From the NCBI GenBank assembly GCA_951406725.2, contig OX597826.1:83266001-83330000 (forward strand): a DNA stretch of 64,000 nt. Reading direction: 5' to 3'. This document shows, piece after piece, positions 32,927 to 47,698 of this stretch; position 1 is the stretch's first letter; every line of letters begins with the position of its first letter. The stretch comes from Octopus vulgaris (lineage: Eukaryota). Below the pieces are notes generated by a model. That model was not told the DNA's origin. It was given only the letters and a program-made list of their open reading frames with translations, and searched no databases. A program made the position numbers and the translations under genes.

Positions 32927-35900
32927 GTCACGTCGGCTCAAGAGTAGCTTAAAAAAAGCTCCTAAAATGGAAGTAGCGGGTGGTGAGCTAAATCGATTAG
33001 ACTGATATCACTTGTAAGAATATTTTATAAGGAGATTTTATCAGTTTTTTCCACTTTGAATAAATTGTTAGTACAGTGGAACCCAAACCATAGGAGTGTT
33101 TTTAATAATTAAGCGAACATTTCTAAATACCCTACATATACAGGTGGCGATGATCCTTTGACGTCTATAAAAATACATTCTTAGGTGTGTAGAAGAATAT
33201 ATTCTCTATATTGTCTTTGCGATTTATTTGCAGAAAATGTTGACATTGTAAGCCATAAGCAAGAAAAACGACTTCCTCAAAATAATTATGCAATGGAAGC
33301 ACCATTTCAGGATTAGTTGCTTGATTAGATATTCAACCAACTAACAGACAATAAAGAAGTAATACTAAACCAGTGCGCGTCTTTATTATTATTGCCATAA
33401 TGACCCTCCCAAGACACAACAAGATTTGTTTCAATATATGAATTTGCATCAAGAATTTTGCAAACCAAATACAAAACCGAAGTTGAGAAACATTTATTTA
33501 AAAATTTGGTTTACTAGGAAAACAATTCAAAATTAACTTGGAATCGACATCCAAAATGTTCTGAGTTCAAATCCTGCTAAAATATCTAACTTTGCCTTTT
33601 ATCATTATTCCTTATGAGGTCGCTAAAAGAATGTAACAGTTTAATTCCCCGGACGATGTCATCGACTCATCCCTCATAATGTGCCTTTGATGGAAATCAA
33701 TAATTTAAACAAACAGTACTTTACAACCAAAATCGATACAAGGTCACAGATGGAGGGGCCAAGGTCGATAAATTAAGTACCAATTGCGTACTGGGGTTGA
33801 TCTAATAGGCTGCCCCTTCCCCAAACATTTCGGGCCTTGTGCCTTGAGAAGATGATCAAATGCAAGCATGGAGGCCTAAAGTCGAGTAGGCAGACCCCCG
33901 CCCCCACCAGTTCGTTATATTTTTCCATCACACACCGTCTCAATAATTTCAACAAAAATGGAGTGGGTTAACATAGATATACACAGCCATCCACTTTTGA
34001 ATGATGGGTGTAATCGATCACACTAGAAGAATCGTTCGAGAGCCATTCACAATATGTTGTGGTATTTAATTACGGCCTTCTGCGTTCTGTGTTCAAATTC
34101 ATATATGCATTTTATCTTCCCGGGGTTACTGAAATACCTACCAAAGTATAGACATCGATTTTCTATTCCTACATTACGTATTAGATCTGAATGAAATCAG
34201 AGAACTTGATCGGCACCGATCTCAAAAGAAGGAAACGTTGTAGCGAAGCCGACAATTTTGAACATGGAATTTTAAAAGACAAAATTAAATGGCACAAAGT
34301 ATTTAATTCGCCGATCAACATCTTCTGTCGGTCAACGCCCTCCACCACCTTAATAAAAAAAAATGTATTAAGGTTTCTAACCCAAGAAGAAAGCTATATA
34401 TTCTGGGGTAAATCCTAACCATGCCTATCACATGATTTTAAAGGTGATTAAAACTACATTAATGTTGTTATATAACGTATCCAAACTTTTTTAAGGTGAT
34501 GGGTTGTGACTTGTGTGAGACTTGGTTGTTGTTTCTAGTCTGTGATTTCTAAGAGGAGTTTTATCGTAGGGCCTGGGTGTTCTGTTGTAGTATTTGTCCA
34601 GTTTTGTTCAAGGCTTATTCGTTTTTTTTTTGTTTTTTTTCACAGGGAGACGACTTTGTACCTGTCGGTTAACCGATTTGTCTTGCATTGGAGGCCAATC
34701 ACGACAAGCCAGGTTTCAAAGAAGGTTAATGAAAAGAGACAGTATTTTAACTCAGAGCTCGGGGAGCCAGAATAGATACTGCAAAGTATCTCGCCTAAAA
34801 GTTCTGCCAGTCCTCCTTCTACACCAGACTGATTCTTCATTTATCATCTAAGAAAGGATGAAAGGTAACCTGACTTCGGTAAAGTATTTTGTCTCCAAAA
34901 TTCCTAACTGCATAAAAGATTGTGTATGAACACAATAAGCTGTATGATTCTTCCGTTATTTTTCCATAAACAATTTTTTCAATATCTGATGACATTTCTG
35001 TATATTTTATGTTAGCATGCGTCTGCGTATGTCTGCGGATATTTACGCGAGAACGGATGTGAGTGTGTTTATGCGTCACATCAAAGTTATTTATAAGTCA
35101 GCTTCCCAGTAGATAAGCCTGAAGTTCCTTTCTGAGAACATACAGTAACTGCTGTAACCTGAATAGGAGACCTCATTTGATGGCATTCGACTCGCTGAAA
35201 ATGGTTCCTAAATTTCCCTCATATCACACATTTAGAAAGATTGGAATGCTTTTTCACCTGGGATAGTAATAGTTACAACATTAAAAACAAAGTTGCACAA
35301 TTTATAGACAGTATACTGTCGATTTAATCAGCGAAGTAGAGGCATCTCTTATCTATAAAAGCCAAGTACCTCTCACTTTTCCACAGTCTTAGAAAAGGAA
35401 TCATTCGGTAATGTAACCCTAACCTTCCTATTCAAAGACATTTAACATTCACTGGAAAAATCCACTGAGGTAAAAACAATTTCACTCTAGGCATCGGACT
35501 AGATTTCTTGCAATATTTATTTGCAGCTTTCAGCGTTTTGGGTTCGAATTCTACCAATGCCTTTTTTTCCATTCACCATAGAAGGGTGGATAAAATAAGT
35601 GGCGGGTGGTGAGTTAAATCGATTAGACTGACACAACTTGCAAGAATTATTTTTGAAGCTGACATCATCGTTCGTAAACTTTTATGCTTCCTGGAAAATT
35701 GCAGACCGTAATTCTGCGCTTCCACAACTAATACAAGCCGACACAGCATGAAATATTCTTCGTGATGAATCGAATATAACCAGAAGACGAAGATAAGCGT
35801 ATATATAGATCTCTGTGCATGCTTCTGTGTTTGTACGCGCTCACTCACACCACCACCTCCATAAGAAGAGTTTAAACAAAAATACGCGCATATGTGTGTT

Positions 35901-36094
35901 TTTTTCTTATCTTTTTATCAAGGTTTTTCGTATAAGTTTCATCGTGAAGTTGAGACGCTAATACTATAGGAACATAGAGACAATGGATTTAGAATCATTA
36001 TTGTTCCAAAGTGTAACGTACTGATACAAAAATATGAAGAAAATGTGTGCAGTCAATAAAACGTTTAAAAAAAACCTGCTCTTCAGATATACAA

Positions 36095-36200
<106 letters not shown>

Positions 36201-36644
36201 TCATATATCTTGACTTGAATAAAGCCCAGAAATTTATTAAAGCAAATTTAAATCGATGTAGTAGTAAAAGATAGGTAGATTCACCAAGTCGCCATTACGT
36301 AAGCCAATAGGTATTTAAGCAAACCATCGCACTGCATCGACGTCAGCCGCAAAACTCAACGAATGAGTAACGCTGAAAAAGAAATGCTTTCCTTCAATCC
36401 AAATAATTCGACAGTTTAGAGAAACGGCTTGCATACTCTCAGCAGAGACTGACTCCATGCACACCTTTAATAGATTGAATGAATGAGGTAAGAACAGTCC
36501 CCGCCACAACCGACAGCACCACCGCAATTTATGCAAGAACAGCTTTGAAATTCGAATTAAAGCCAACTAAGGGCCACCCCCAGCGCCCTTGCAGTGGATC
36601 CACTCCACACATGGACCCTACAAACTACACAAACATTGGTATCT

Positions 36645-37008
36645 GTTATCTTGTTTCAGCCATTAGACTCTGACCATGCTGGGGCACCGTCTGGAAGAAT
36701 TTCTAGTCGCATGAATCGGCCTAATTTCTTATTAATATTTTAAGCCTGGGACTTATTCTATCGGTCTCTTTTGCTGAACTGCTTGGTAACTGGGACGTAA
36801 ATGCACCAACAACGGTAGTGAAGTTGTGAGGGCTGACAAACACAGACACACACACATGTGACGAGCTTCTTTCAGTTTCCTTCTATGCATTCACAAGGCT
36901 TTGCTCGGCCCGAAGCTATCGTAGAAGGCCCGTGTCCAGAGTGCTACGCAATAGGACTGAACCCGGTACCATTTGGTCGGGAAGCAAACTTCTCACCGCA
37001 CAACCACG
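36645..37008 (-). mobile_element. tRNA-derived SINE, family A
   Basis: Aligns by eye with 184-590. Confidence 0.85.
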
Positions 37009-37449
37009 TCTGTTGACATCAGAAAAATGGAAACAAACGAATACAAAAAGCAACAAAAAAACGACACAATGTTTTACTGATTCCTCACAACAAATAGAGA
37101 AGCCTCACAACAAATAGAGAAGTCTCACAACAAATAGGTGAAGACTGAAAATATGACAAAACATGAGAAGGGGAGACATCCGATGCAGCATTAAGAACCA
37201 TTGAAATCGTTAGTAAAGCCACTGCATTACATCGAAAAATTAAGACAAATTAAAAACGAATTAATTTGAGGAGAATAAAATTGAAGTCAACTGATTAATT
37301 TTGTGTGTGAGAGTTTTTATAGAAGATTTTTATCCTCCTGCTTTAATTATTATTTATGCAGTATTTCAAATTAGAAATGATTATGCATGCTCAAAAGACA
37401 ATTTTTGATAAGGAGATCGACTGAACTGGAAAGGGTAAACTACCGCTAG

Positions 37450-37860
37450 TTTCTTTACCGTCACGAAGTTCGATGGCGCTGATAGCTGTGGGTCGTTGGT
37501 CCATATATGGTAAGGTGTGCTTACAAATAAATTTACCTCAGACAATATTGGATGGAATATGGACAATGGAATGGCAATACTACATGCCAATGGCTGTGCA
37601 ACTTCAAAAATGATTGTTCTTGGAATATTTAACTTCCTAGATGTCACTCTCCGCAGACACCTTATAGGCCGTGCAGTAAGCCTAACCGAGAAACTAGAAC
37701 TCATATCAACTCTGACCACCCACACAGATCGTTTTAAAATTTAGTAATACGAGCAGAAGAATCAGTCACCCGTCTTCTAATATGGATATCTTCGATAAAC
37801 CTGCATTGTGTTACAAGTGTGCAGGGGCAAACAGTGGATTCAGTGACAAAATTTCATCCA
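37450..37860 (+). mobile_element. Penelope-like reverse transcriptase pseudogene fragment (GSxDGAE-type)
   Basis: Pieces TVTKFDGADSC, NIG..MDNG, NFLDVTL, YRPCSKPN, NSDHP and IFDKPALCY..SGFSDKI are colinear with PLE RT palm and thumb motifs. Confidence 0.7.
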
Positions 37861-38448
37861 TCCCCACCTTAACATTGCCTTCCCACACTAAAAAGAACTC
37901 CGTAACATCATATAGTTCACGTGCACACACCTTATCCGTTACACACACCTTATCCGTTACACACACACACACATTTATAGAGACGTTTAACAAACAAGAG
38001 GAAAAGTAATCAATACATATTGTATTTATTATACGCAGCTGTTATATCCTGTGTTTCGGTTATGCATACGCTGCATCCGTTCTTGTTTTTGTTGCCTGGT
38101 TTCACCTTTTCAACGACGATCCACTTCACAGAAGCAATGCTTTGCCCTATCTTTAGATTCTATGCGTTGAGATAGCGATATGGAGTTATTTTTATTCTCT
38201 GATCTAGAGGAATGTATTTATGGCTTATTAGAAGTTTTGAAGGGGTTTTTTTTCCAGTTAACCGTGGACCATTTCAATTCCATTAGTTGGTTCCACACCA
38301 TTTCTACTCATCAGCGCTTTCGACGGTGGCGCTGCGGATTACTGCAGCCTTATCTAGATTATTGTTGTTTAGAAGCTATAAAATTATAATTTCTAAAAAT
38401 GGGGATGGGGATAATTTGAAAAGTTATATATATATATTTATATATATA

Positions 38449-38497
<49 letters not shown>

Positions 38498-38640
38498 AAA
38501 TAAGAAAATGGAGAAATAGATTTCTTTCAATCATCAACTACCAGATAATACCAATTCATATAATTTATTAACTAATTATTCCCACAGTGGGTTACAATCA
38601 TAACCCCTATTTCACTTTGTACTATATATATATACATATA

Positions 38641-38726
<86 letters not shown>

Positions 38727-38728
<2 letters not shown>

Positions 38729-38888
38729 TATCCCCTTCAACCTAGCAAGAAGGATATGTACTATAGTTTCTAATGCAAACACGCGACTACATGAACTAAA
38801 AGATACACTCATTCCCAGGGACTACCCACCTTCACTAGTTGACATATGCTCTCAACGTGCCCTTCAACTCAATATCCAGGAGCTATGA
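38727..38888 (+). mobile_element. Penelope-like RT thumb-region fragment abutting (TA)n
   Basis: Open frame [39 protein letters not shown] matches the PLE pattern IP..LA.RI..I.S...L.EL...L..R.YP..L. Confidence 0.8.
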
Positions 38889-39000
38889 ATATTTCTTTTA
38901 GTTAATGATAATAGTTTTATTAATCTTATATTATCCAATTTCCGTTGTAATTTTTTTTAAAAATTCTATTTGTCTACTAACTTTGTGGACACCCTGCATC

Positions 39001-39046
<46 letters not shown>

Positions 39047-39084
39047 ATGTGTGCGTGTGTGCGTGTGTGTGTGTATGTGTGTGT

Positions 39085-39895
39085 ATTACATGGGAAAATG
39101 CAAGCAAGAGAAATGATATTCTTAAGGTTATAAATCTGGAAAAGTACAGGACAAGAAAATTTTTACTTAAATATTGCAGCTAAGGATAAAATTTCAGATA
39201 AAGTATTCAGATTTAGAAAATATTAGCTTTTATTAAAACTTAAAATTTTGTTACAAGTTATTCTATTTGTTTTTCTTGTTACTTCTATTTAAAATTAAAA
39301 ATAACTCAAAATATTTTTTGCACTTTAAAAAAATTCATTTTTTAAAATTAACAATCAATGATCAGAAATTTGAAAATAGGTTATAAAATAGTAGTACACA
39401 ATTAGTAGAATAAATAGAATAATACAAAAATTAGTTATATATTACAGTAAAATCTACCTATAACAACAAATTCACAGTAAATTTCGCTTGAGTTGTTGCT
39501 TAAGTTATTGCCAAGTCTTCACATTTTTAGTCTTGACCCTATTTTTTAGATAATGAATTTGCCTACCATATATACTATTCTATTTTGCGTAAAACTTTAG
39601 CTATATTGGTACTTCTGGTTCCCATTTTAAAGTATTCTAGTGTGTTAATATTTTAACAAAATGATGGTACCTTCTTTGATTATAATGCTACATTGTAAAT
39701 TAAAATCAACTAATTTTTAATATTCATATTTTATCCTTAGCTGCAATATTTTAAGTGAAAATTTTCTTTTTTCTGTACTTTACCAGATGTAATAACTTGT
39801 CCTGAACTTTTCCAAGTATAATAACTTGTCCCATACTTTTCCAGATTTATAATCTTAAGAATATTATTTCTCTTGTTCGCATTTTTTCATGTAAT
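39085..39895. mobile_element. Foldback/MITE-like AT-rich element with long inverted arms
   Basis: 39085-39192 is the reverse complement of 39728-39895. The right arm has extra copies of a ~31-bp subunit. Confidence 0.75.
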
Positions 39896-41022
39896 CCATG
39901 ATTTTTGCAGGCTATGCTCTTATGCTAATTAATAATGTATCAAATGTGTCAATAAACGGTGTTGATGATGATTTTTTCCTTACGTCAATGATGCCGGTGA
40001 CATATATTAAAAGTCCCCTTATAGAACTATATTCACAAAAAAGTATAGAACTATATTATCACCCTCTAATTTGAGAAACAAACCCTCATAACTATTTTTC
40101 TTTTAAAACTTCATTGCATGAGATTGGTACCATCAAATTCCTCGAATTGAGCTCTATCATTTAAAGTAGTTTGTATTTAAAATAAAAAGTTAATTATATT
40201 TAAATCCAATTTTTTGCCTTACTTGTATTTATTTTTTTCATGATATCTTACCTCACAACTTTTTTGATACAAATTTTTGTTGCATGAGACCAAAAATATA
40301 AAGTTCTTCATGCTTTCATCTATCATTGAAGCTAAGATAAATATATTTTGCTTTTAAAATAAAAAAAAATTATTTAGATCTAAACTTGATTGGTGACGTT
40401 ACTTACTCTCCTATAACGTTGCTACAAATTTTGATGCAAACTTTTTTCCTTCTGGATCAAATCTCAATTTGTTATGCCAAAATGTAGCTGGGGACCAACC
40501 CTCTTCAAAAATATCAAGTTTCAATTTGGTTAAAAACTGAATTAGCGTCAAGCTCTGAAAGATGCTGCGTGGGAGTAAATTGCGGCCTTAAAAGTATTAT
40601 TTAACTACTACCGTAGTTGAATATTTGTTTATCTTTTACTTGTTTCAGTCATTAGACTGCGGCCATGCTAGGGTACCATCTTCAAGAAGTTTTAGTCGAG
40701 TGAATCGATCCCAGGACTTATTTTTATATGTTATATAATTTTTTTAAAATGTATCTTCCACGTTTATATTAATCTTTCTTAAATGTATAACGTACACATA
40801 TTTTAGTATTTAATTTAAGAAGGTTTCCGAGAATTTTTTTGAAAGTTTGATATTTCGTTGATTCAGAGTATGAACTCTTGTTAATGATATAGAGTCTACA
40901 TTAAAATCGTAAATCGAAACTCTCGAAAACTTACCAATAGAGTTAAAGATGACGTACACACATGCACACAAAGTATAACTCGGGACTGACAGTTATATTT
41001 ATGTACGTGTATGCGCGCGCTG

Positions 41023-41079
<57 letters not shown>

Positions 41080-41289
41080 AGAATTCACGAAAAAAATAAA
41101 CAAAAGACGAAGACTGGTGGTGTAGAAAACAAACAGATGTATTAGTATGTATGTATGTATGTATGTATGTATGTATGTATGTATGTATGTATGTATGTAT
41201 ATGATGTACTCTCCTGTCGAAGACGAGGTATGAGCGTTCAGCTTTTACCTAAAGACCTACACTAATGATTTGTTTATAGTGATCAACAG

Positions 41290-41500
41290 TATGTGCCGCA
41301 CACTGGCTCATTCCACACTCCACAAAATTAACGTTGTCTGAACAGGTGCACGGTGTGCCGCGCGTCAGGTGTCAAAGTGGACTGGAGTAGCGAGAAATGA
41401 AGTGTTTGGTTCAAGAACCCAACGTGCCACCCGGTCTAGGAATTGAAATCAAGGTCGCTAGATCGTGAGTTCAACACCCTAAACACAAAACCATGCGCCC
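41290..41500 (-). mobile_element. tRNA-derived SINE (family C-related)
   Basis: Reverse-complement head GGGCGCATGGTTTTGTGTTTAGGGTGTTGAACTCACGATC...TTTCAATTCC. Confidence 0.7.
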
Positions 41501-41502
41501 TC

Positions 41503-41595
<93 letters not shown>

Positions 41596-41781
41596 CACTC
41601 ACAAACACACAGGTGCGCGTGTGTGTGTGCGTTTGTAGAACAACCCTACCTACAAATCAGTCTTCATTTGTAAACACCTAAAAAATTATAAATGTCTTAT
41701 TATTATTAAGTAGAAAGATTATCAGAAAAAAACAATTTTTTCAAATATATGATACTTTACCAAGGACTTTCTATTTCATAT

Positions 41782-41851
<70 letters not shown>

Positions 41852-43527
41852 AGAGGCAGAGAAAGGAATTCACGAGACTCTTTATTCAAAATCACAGCCA
41901 TAGTTTCATCTCATCATGCACACGTACCTTACAGGTGACTTTTCAAATAAGTACTTCGTTTTTTACTTGCCGTTTCGCTTATTTTTATAACGCATTTTTA
42001 GTTGTTGTAACATTTCATCCGTTCCATAATGAACTGAGACAGAACGAAAGAATGTTGCTCATATAAATAATAAAAACCATAAATCACTCTGACGGAAGTA
42101 GCATTATATTGTGTTAGGTCGTTCACTTTTTCTCAACTGATCAACAGACCGATCTATACATACATACATACATACATACATACATACGTACATACATACA
42201 TACATACGTACATACATACATACATACATACATACATACATACATACATACATACATACATACATACATACATACGTACGTACGTACATGCTGAATTTTT
42301 GGTTTCATCTGGAGTGCTCTCCATTGCACAGCGCTTCTGAAATCAGAGAACTCTGCTTTCAGCAAAACCGAATTTATTTCAATCAGTTCAGTTAATTAAT
42401 TAACTGGATGTATTTTATTCCTGAAGAGGTATACAATTAGACACACATATGCAGATAACTACAGCCACACACATACGCATATATCCTTACCTTGAAGGAC
42501 TTCTGAAAATTGTGACTGCCGTGAACCAGGGAAGGATCCATTGCACGGTTACTCGAAATGCTAGAAATTACAGTCAAATTTCCTTCAGATCACACATCGT
42601 AACATTATCACGGAAAACAGAACAGGTCAGAGAATGTAGTTCCTGTTAAAACTATAAACAAGATGGTCGAGACTGGAATCTATTTTGTCATAAGCCTGCT
42701 TGGTTAGCAAACTTATGATAAAAGTAGCCCCCATATGATAGATAAACCTCGCGGAAATAGAGGCCAAATCCCTTTCAAATTGCATCTGCTGCTCTGTGGA
42801 TCCTAAATATATAAAATGATGGATGGTTAGAAACTAAAAGCCTTTCATTATAGGACACTCGCGGTAAAAACAGAAACCAAATCTCCTTCAAATAATACAA
42901 TCTACCACATTAGATATGGTGCGAATGCTCCGTCTACGTAATGAATTCCCCTCTAGGGAGCCTTCAACTTTATTACCTCCACCATAAGCAGCCATTAACT
43001 CCCTAAACGCACCCATTTACCAGATGTTTTGCGGTATCAAAACCGATGGTGTTTTAGAATTAAATCTGCCATTCGCCAGTCTTCTCCATCGTCGCCGACT
43101 GAGCTTCTCTAATCTCTTTGATCCTCCTCTAATCTCTTCTACGATGATCTACTTTTCTTGACCTGTTGACAATATCTTTTCACATCATCTACCGTTTTTT
43201 ACTTTTGTGTCTGATTTTCTTAACTTTCAGCCAAAACAATGGAAGGTTGAACTGCACTTTACAACCAGGATTCGCATCTCAATTAAGTGGGATGGGCGAT
43301 GGAATAAAGTTATTACATCATTTACAAAGGAGTGACACAGATTTTTAACGCAGAATGAATAGCCAACCCACTAAATACGTGCTCGCCGCATCACCGTTTC
43401 ACCTTCTCCTTACGTCAGTTTCTTTACAATAGCGTGATGGCGAAAGATAGCAAAAGGGTTTTGCAGTCTGGACAAAAGAATTGTTAAATAACCCCACCAA
43501 CAGAATAAAGAAACGGGACATTATAAA

Positions 43528-43614
<87 letters not shown>

Positions 43615-44099
43615 GATCGCACAAAGATGTTTTTATTTAATTTTCTTTCATTCATTCTGTGATAAGAGAGGAGTGGGATTACAAATTATTAAAACACGCC
43701 GTGACGTCGTTACCTACGAGCAATTTGTTTTGAAAAATGCGAAAATGAATAAATATACAAGATGGTAAAATAAGCGTTTTAATTAAGGATGACAAAAGCA
43801 GATTAGATATCATAAAGTGATAAGGGCAAACGGGAAAGGTCAATACTTCAAAGATTGTTTGTATGAAATGTCAGAAGAAAATCTATGGAAAATTTTCTAC
43901 AAACAATTTGATGTTGCATTGAAATTATTTAAACACTTTGTGATGGAGAGAATGGTTGAGTGTGCGAGAAGATACTGGAAAGTGGGGAGCGTGTCACGGT
44001 TTCAAATCCCACCCCCATTGCAAAGCCCCATTTGACTAAGGTCTTAAAGTTTCTGAGAAAGGAATAAAAGTCATCGCATCACAGTTCCTTATTTGTTGT

Positions 44100-44270
44100 T
44101 GTTTAACCCAAATGTAACTGAGCAGACCTCTGGTTGAAAGCGTTCCAGTCATGACTAACAAGTCTATTTTTGACATACTATATTTAAGATAACATTATCC
44201 AGTGTGTTCCTCTTATGATGGTAGAATGTGATTTGAGAGAGATTTGACTGTAATTTCCAGCAGGTCGCTT
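44100..44270. repeat. Old dispersed repeat (probable ancient SINE), many diverged copies
   Basis: The motif chain ..AGCAGACC..ATG/TTGAAAG..TTCCAGTC.TGAC....TGTGATTTGAGAGAGATTTG.CTG..ATTTC.AGCAGGTC recurs near 5450, 5860, 42540, 50890, 51950, 54660, 55570, 56120, 57630, 58270 and 62020. Confidence 0.65.
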
Positions 44271-45869
44271 CTGTGGAACAAAGGATTAATTTTCAGGAAG
44301 TCGAATTCAATCCGAAGACTTGATGAAAGTGATTTCACTTCCCTCACATCACTAATACCCCTGAGAAAGTAAGGACGTTACAAAATCCCTTTTTTCTTGA
44401 CCCCTATAGTATGGAATCCTCTGCCAAATCAAATGATGCTATTGTTTAGCTCGGTAAAAGGCAACTGCGTTAGTCAAGTGGTTATTTCTTTATTACCAAC
44501 AGTCGTGTTGCTGAAGAATAATTCTTTGGATTCCCATATTTCACTCAAACTTCGCAGTAACGTCTAACAGTTCATGCACGGTCACTCGACTAACAGAAAT
44601 AATAACCAAGACTACCCCAGATCACACAGGGATACATTTTCTCAAAAAAAGAAAAATGACAAGAAAAATGAGTGAATAATTACGACAGAAATAATTTTCA
44701 TTGAATACACGCTGGATCAGGTTGGACATGGAGCTTAAGAAAGGCATCAGCAACATTTGATAAGCCTGCATTTTTAAAGGTAGTTAGGTCTCATTGGAGT
44801 GGTTGTGTGGTCAAGAAATCTATTTTATAATTACATGATTCCAGGTTCAATCCCGCTGTAGTGTCTTAGGTTAGTGTCTTATACTACAGCCTTAAGTCGA
44901 TCGAACTTGCATGGACTGTACATGGTGTATCGTAACAGACTTCATCCGTCGCCCGTTTTAACACCAGCAGTCGGGTCTTGAGTGCCATCAGCAGAGTTCA
45001 CTCTGTTGCGGGTATAAGATCCATGCTTTCCATCTAAATATATCTTCTTAAATATACAAGGAGACGGGAGGTTCACAGCTAGAATACCTGCGCAGTCGAA
45101 GCTGACCTAGAACTTTCTACCCACCTCTAAAATATGGGGCATCTATACTTTTTACTCAAAAAGTAACCCGTACTAATATCTCACAATGGCAGAAGGTACA
45201 AACACATGTGGTGGGGATTCGGCTTTTCGTTGTCGACCCGAGTAAGTATCTGATATTCTATGCTCTCCCAACGAAAATTATGAAGGGCAGAGTCGACTCT
45301 GTAAGATTTTAAATGAAGAGACAGAACCAAACTAAATAATATAATACATGTATTTCAGAAGCTGAAATCTCGAGAAAACTTTAATCCACGGCTGAAAACA
45401 TTCGATTACAACAAAAGTTCAAATGCTATGGATCTCGTTCCCTTTCGACGCAGAGTACTCAGATAATCAACTGAATTTCCTGTCCTTTGAACTAGTTTAT
45501 AAATGGTTAATTATTCTAAAGGCACGTTGACACACCGCCACTGTTATCCTCAAGCAGATTTAGTGGGACACAATGTGTGATAAATCTGTAATGTTTCGAA
45601 TGCAGGCACATTCCAACCGTCGCGCTTCCGCACAGTTTCCGGCTACCAAATTTTGCTCACAAAGCATGAATCGATCCCAGGCTATGAGAAATGAGCAAGA
45701 TACCATGCAATAAGATCGAACCCAGCCATGGTTAGGATTCTTTTCATTTCACCATCCACCATCACCCTAATACGAAGTTGCATACATCCCGTTTCCTTCT
45801 TCTTCTTCTTCTTCTTCTTCTTCTTCTTCTTCTTCTTCTTCTTCTTCTTCTTCTTCTTCTTCTTCTTCT

Positions 45870-46082
45870 CCCCCACTACTTCTGCTCGTGATCAGAGATG
45901 CACATATCGTCAGCCACTAAGGGACATGGTCAACTGTTTAAGGTCAAACAACTAACATGGTCAACTGTTTAAGGTCAAACAATTGAGCAGAATATTTGCT
46001 GTGGCCCATCTTTTATACCAACACAAAACAATGTACATGATGACACTTCCAATCAGTTAAGATCAGAAGCCATGAGAGCCAC

Positions 46083-46084
<2 letters not shown>
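45870..46084 (-). mobile_element. Fragment of the same dispersed element as 3677-4024, with an internal 28-bp duplication
   Basis: Reverse complement ends ..GAGCAGAAGTAGTGGGGGAG, overlapping the start of the 3677 copy. ACATGGTCAACTGTTTAAGGTCAAACAA occurs twice. Confidence 0.55.
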
Positions 46085-46170
<86 letters not shown>

Positions 46171-46171
<1 letters not shown>

Positions 46172-46570
46172 GAAAACTCACAGCTGGGTATGATGGAAGG
46201 CGTCAGCTGTCCATAGACAGCAGACTAAGGTGGCACTTGTTTACTGGTCATGCTTCAAGAACCCTGCAAAGAATACTTGCAGTTCCAAGCAAGGCTGATT
46301 TGTGTATGTGTTCTACCTTCACACTAGCATCGATCTGTTTCAGCCATGTTGGTAGTGGAGTACTGATACTTCCAAGTGCACCAATTACTATTGGCACCAC
46401 TTCTACTCTCTTCATTAACCACAACCCTCGTATTTCCCACTTTAAATCGTCATAGTCGTTTATTTTTCCTTCTTCTTTCACATTGATCCTGTTGTCACCG
46501 GGGCATGCTATATCGATTATCACATACGTTCTTCCTTTTTTATTCACCGTAACAATATCGTTATATCCCA
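46171..46570 (-). mobile_element. R4/Dong-type LINE 3' end (restriction-like endonuclease) running into (TAA)n
   Basis: DIVTVNKK..VIIDIACPGD....KEEGK..Y.DLKWEI..LW....VVPIVIGALG...KSALLGTASIL.RVL*, a short 3' UTR, then (TAA)n at 46086-46169. Confidence 0.9.
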
Positions 46571-47281
46571 CAGGTTTTTGCAGTTTTCAGGATTCAAAAA
46601 CCGACGACCTTCCTTTCTGTTCAAGAAATAAATTCTCTTCTTTTCTTCATTAATTACAGGATAATAGTTTCGCTGCTCTGGATTCAAATCCTGCAGCAAT
46701 CAACTTTGTCTTTCCTCATTTCGAGGTCGATAAATAAAGTACCAGTCAAAAACTGCAGAAGTGTGGAATTGTGTGAGCCTCAGGTGTGATGTTTTTTTTT
46801 TGGGGGGGGGGTATTGCTTCCGGTTGTTCTGAGCACAGCTCCCACCCCCACCCCTTCGTCACGTGGCTAATCACAGTACGAAACGGTAGCTTCGGAAACT
46901 GGCTAATAATGATTGGTTCCCATTGTCAGACAGAGAGATGCATTAATTAAAACAACATTTCCGAGCTTTCGACATGGACGACGAGTGAACTCTGCACCGA
47001 TCGAGATAAACATTAGGACGAAACAAAACTGCAGTGTTGTTGTATGACTCCAGGTCAACTCTATCATTAAAGATGGCTGCTACTTTCAAATCGTAGCCAA
47101 TCCGTCTTTTCTCCCACACACAGAAGACGCGGGAACAAGTAACCAGATGTGTCTGTCTTTTCTTAGGCGGTGTGTAATTTGAGGCAGATTTAGTGACTAT
47201 TTCTAATATGTATGATCTCAACAAAGTCCCTCTGCCTCATGATTTCTCTATTGCGACTACTTTTTAAGATTAGCCTTTTTT

Positions 47282-47355
<74 letters not shown>

Positions 47356-47356
<1 letters not shown>

Positions 47357-47698
47357 GCAACGTGTCTCTAAAAGAAATGGAGAAACTTTCAAAATACAAA
47401 GACCTGGAAATAGAGGTAACCAGAATGTGGAATCTAAAAACAGAAACAATTCCTATCATAATAAGTGCATTAGGCATGATAAAAAATATTCAGACAAATA
47501 CATAACAAAAACACCAGGACTTACAAACACATATAACATACAGAAAATTGCACTACTAGGCACTGCACACATCCTACGCAGAACACTTTCCATACAATAA
47601 CCATCAGAGTATCACAACAAATCACAGCACATACCCAAGGCACACAGAGCTGCGCTCGGTAGTGAAGTGAAAGCACGCTATAAAAATAAAACTACTGA
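47356..47698 (+). mobile_element. R4/Dong-type LINE 3' end inserted within (AAT)n
   Basis: NVSLKEMEKLSKYKDLEIEVTRMWNLKTETIPIIISALG, a frameshift, then IQKIALLGTAHILRRTLSIQ*. AAT repeats on both sides. Confidence 0.9.
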
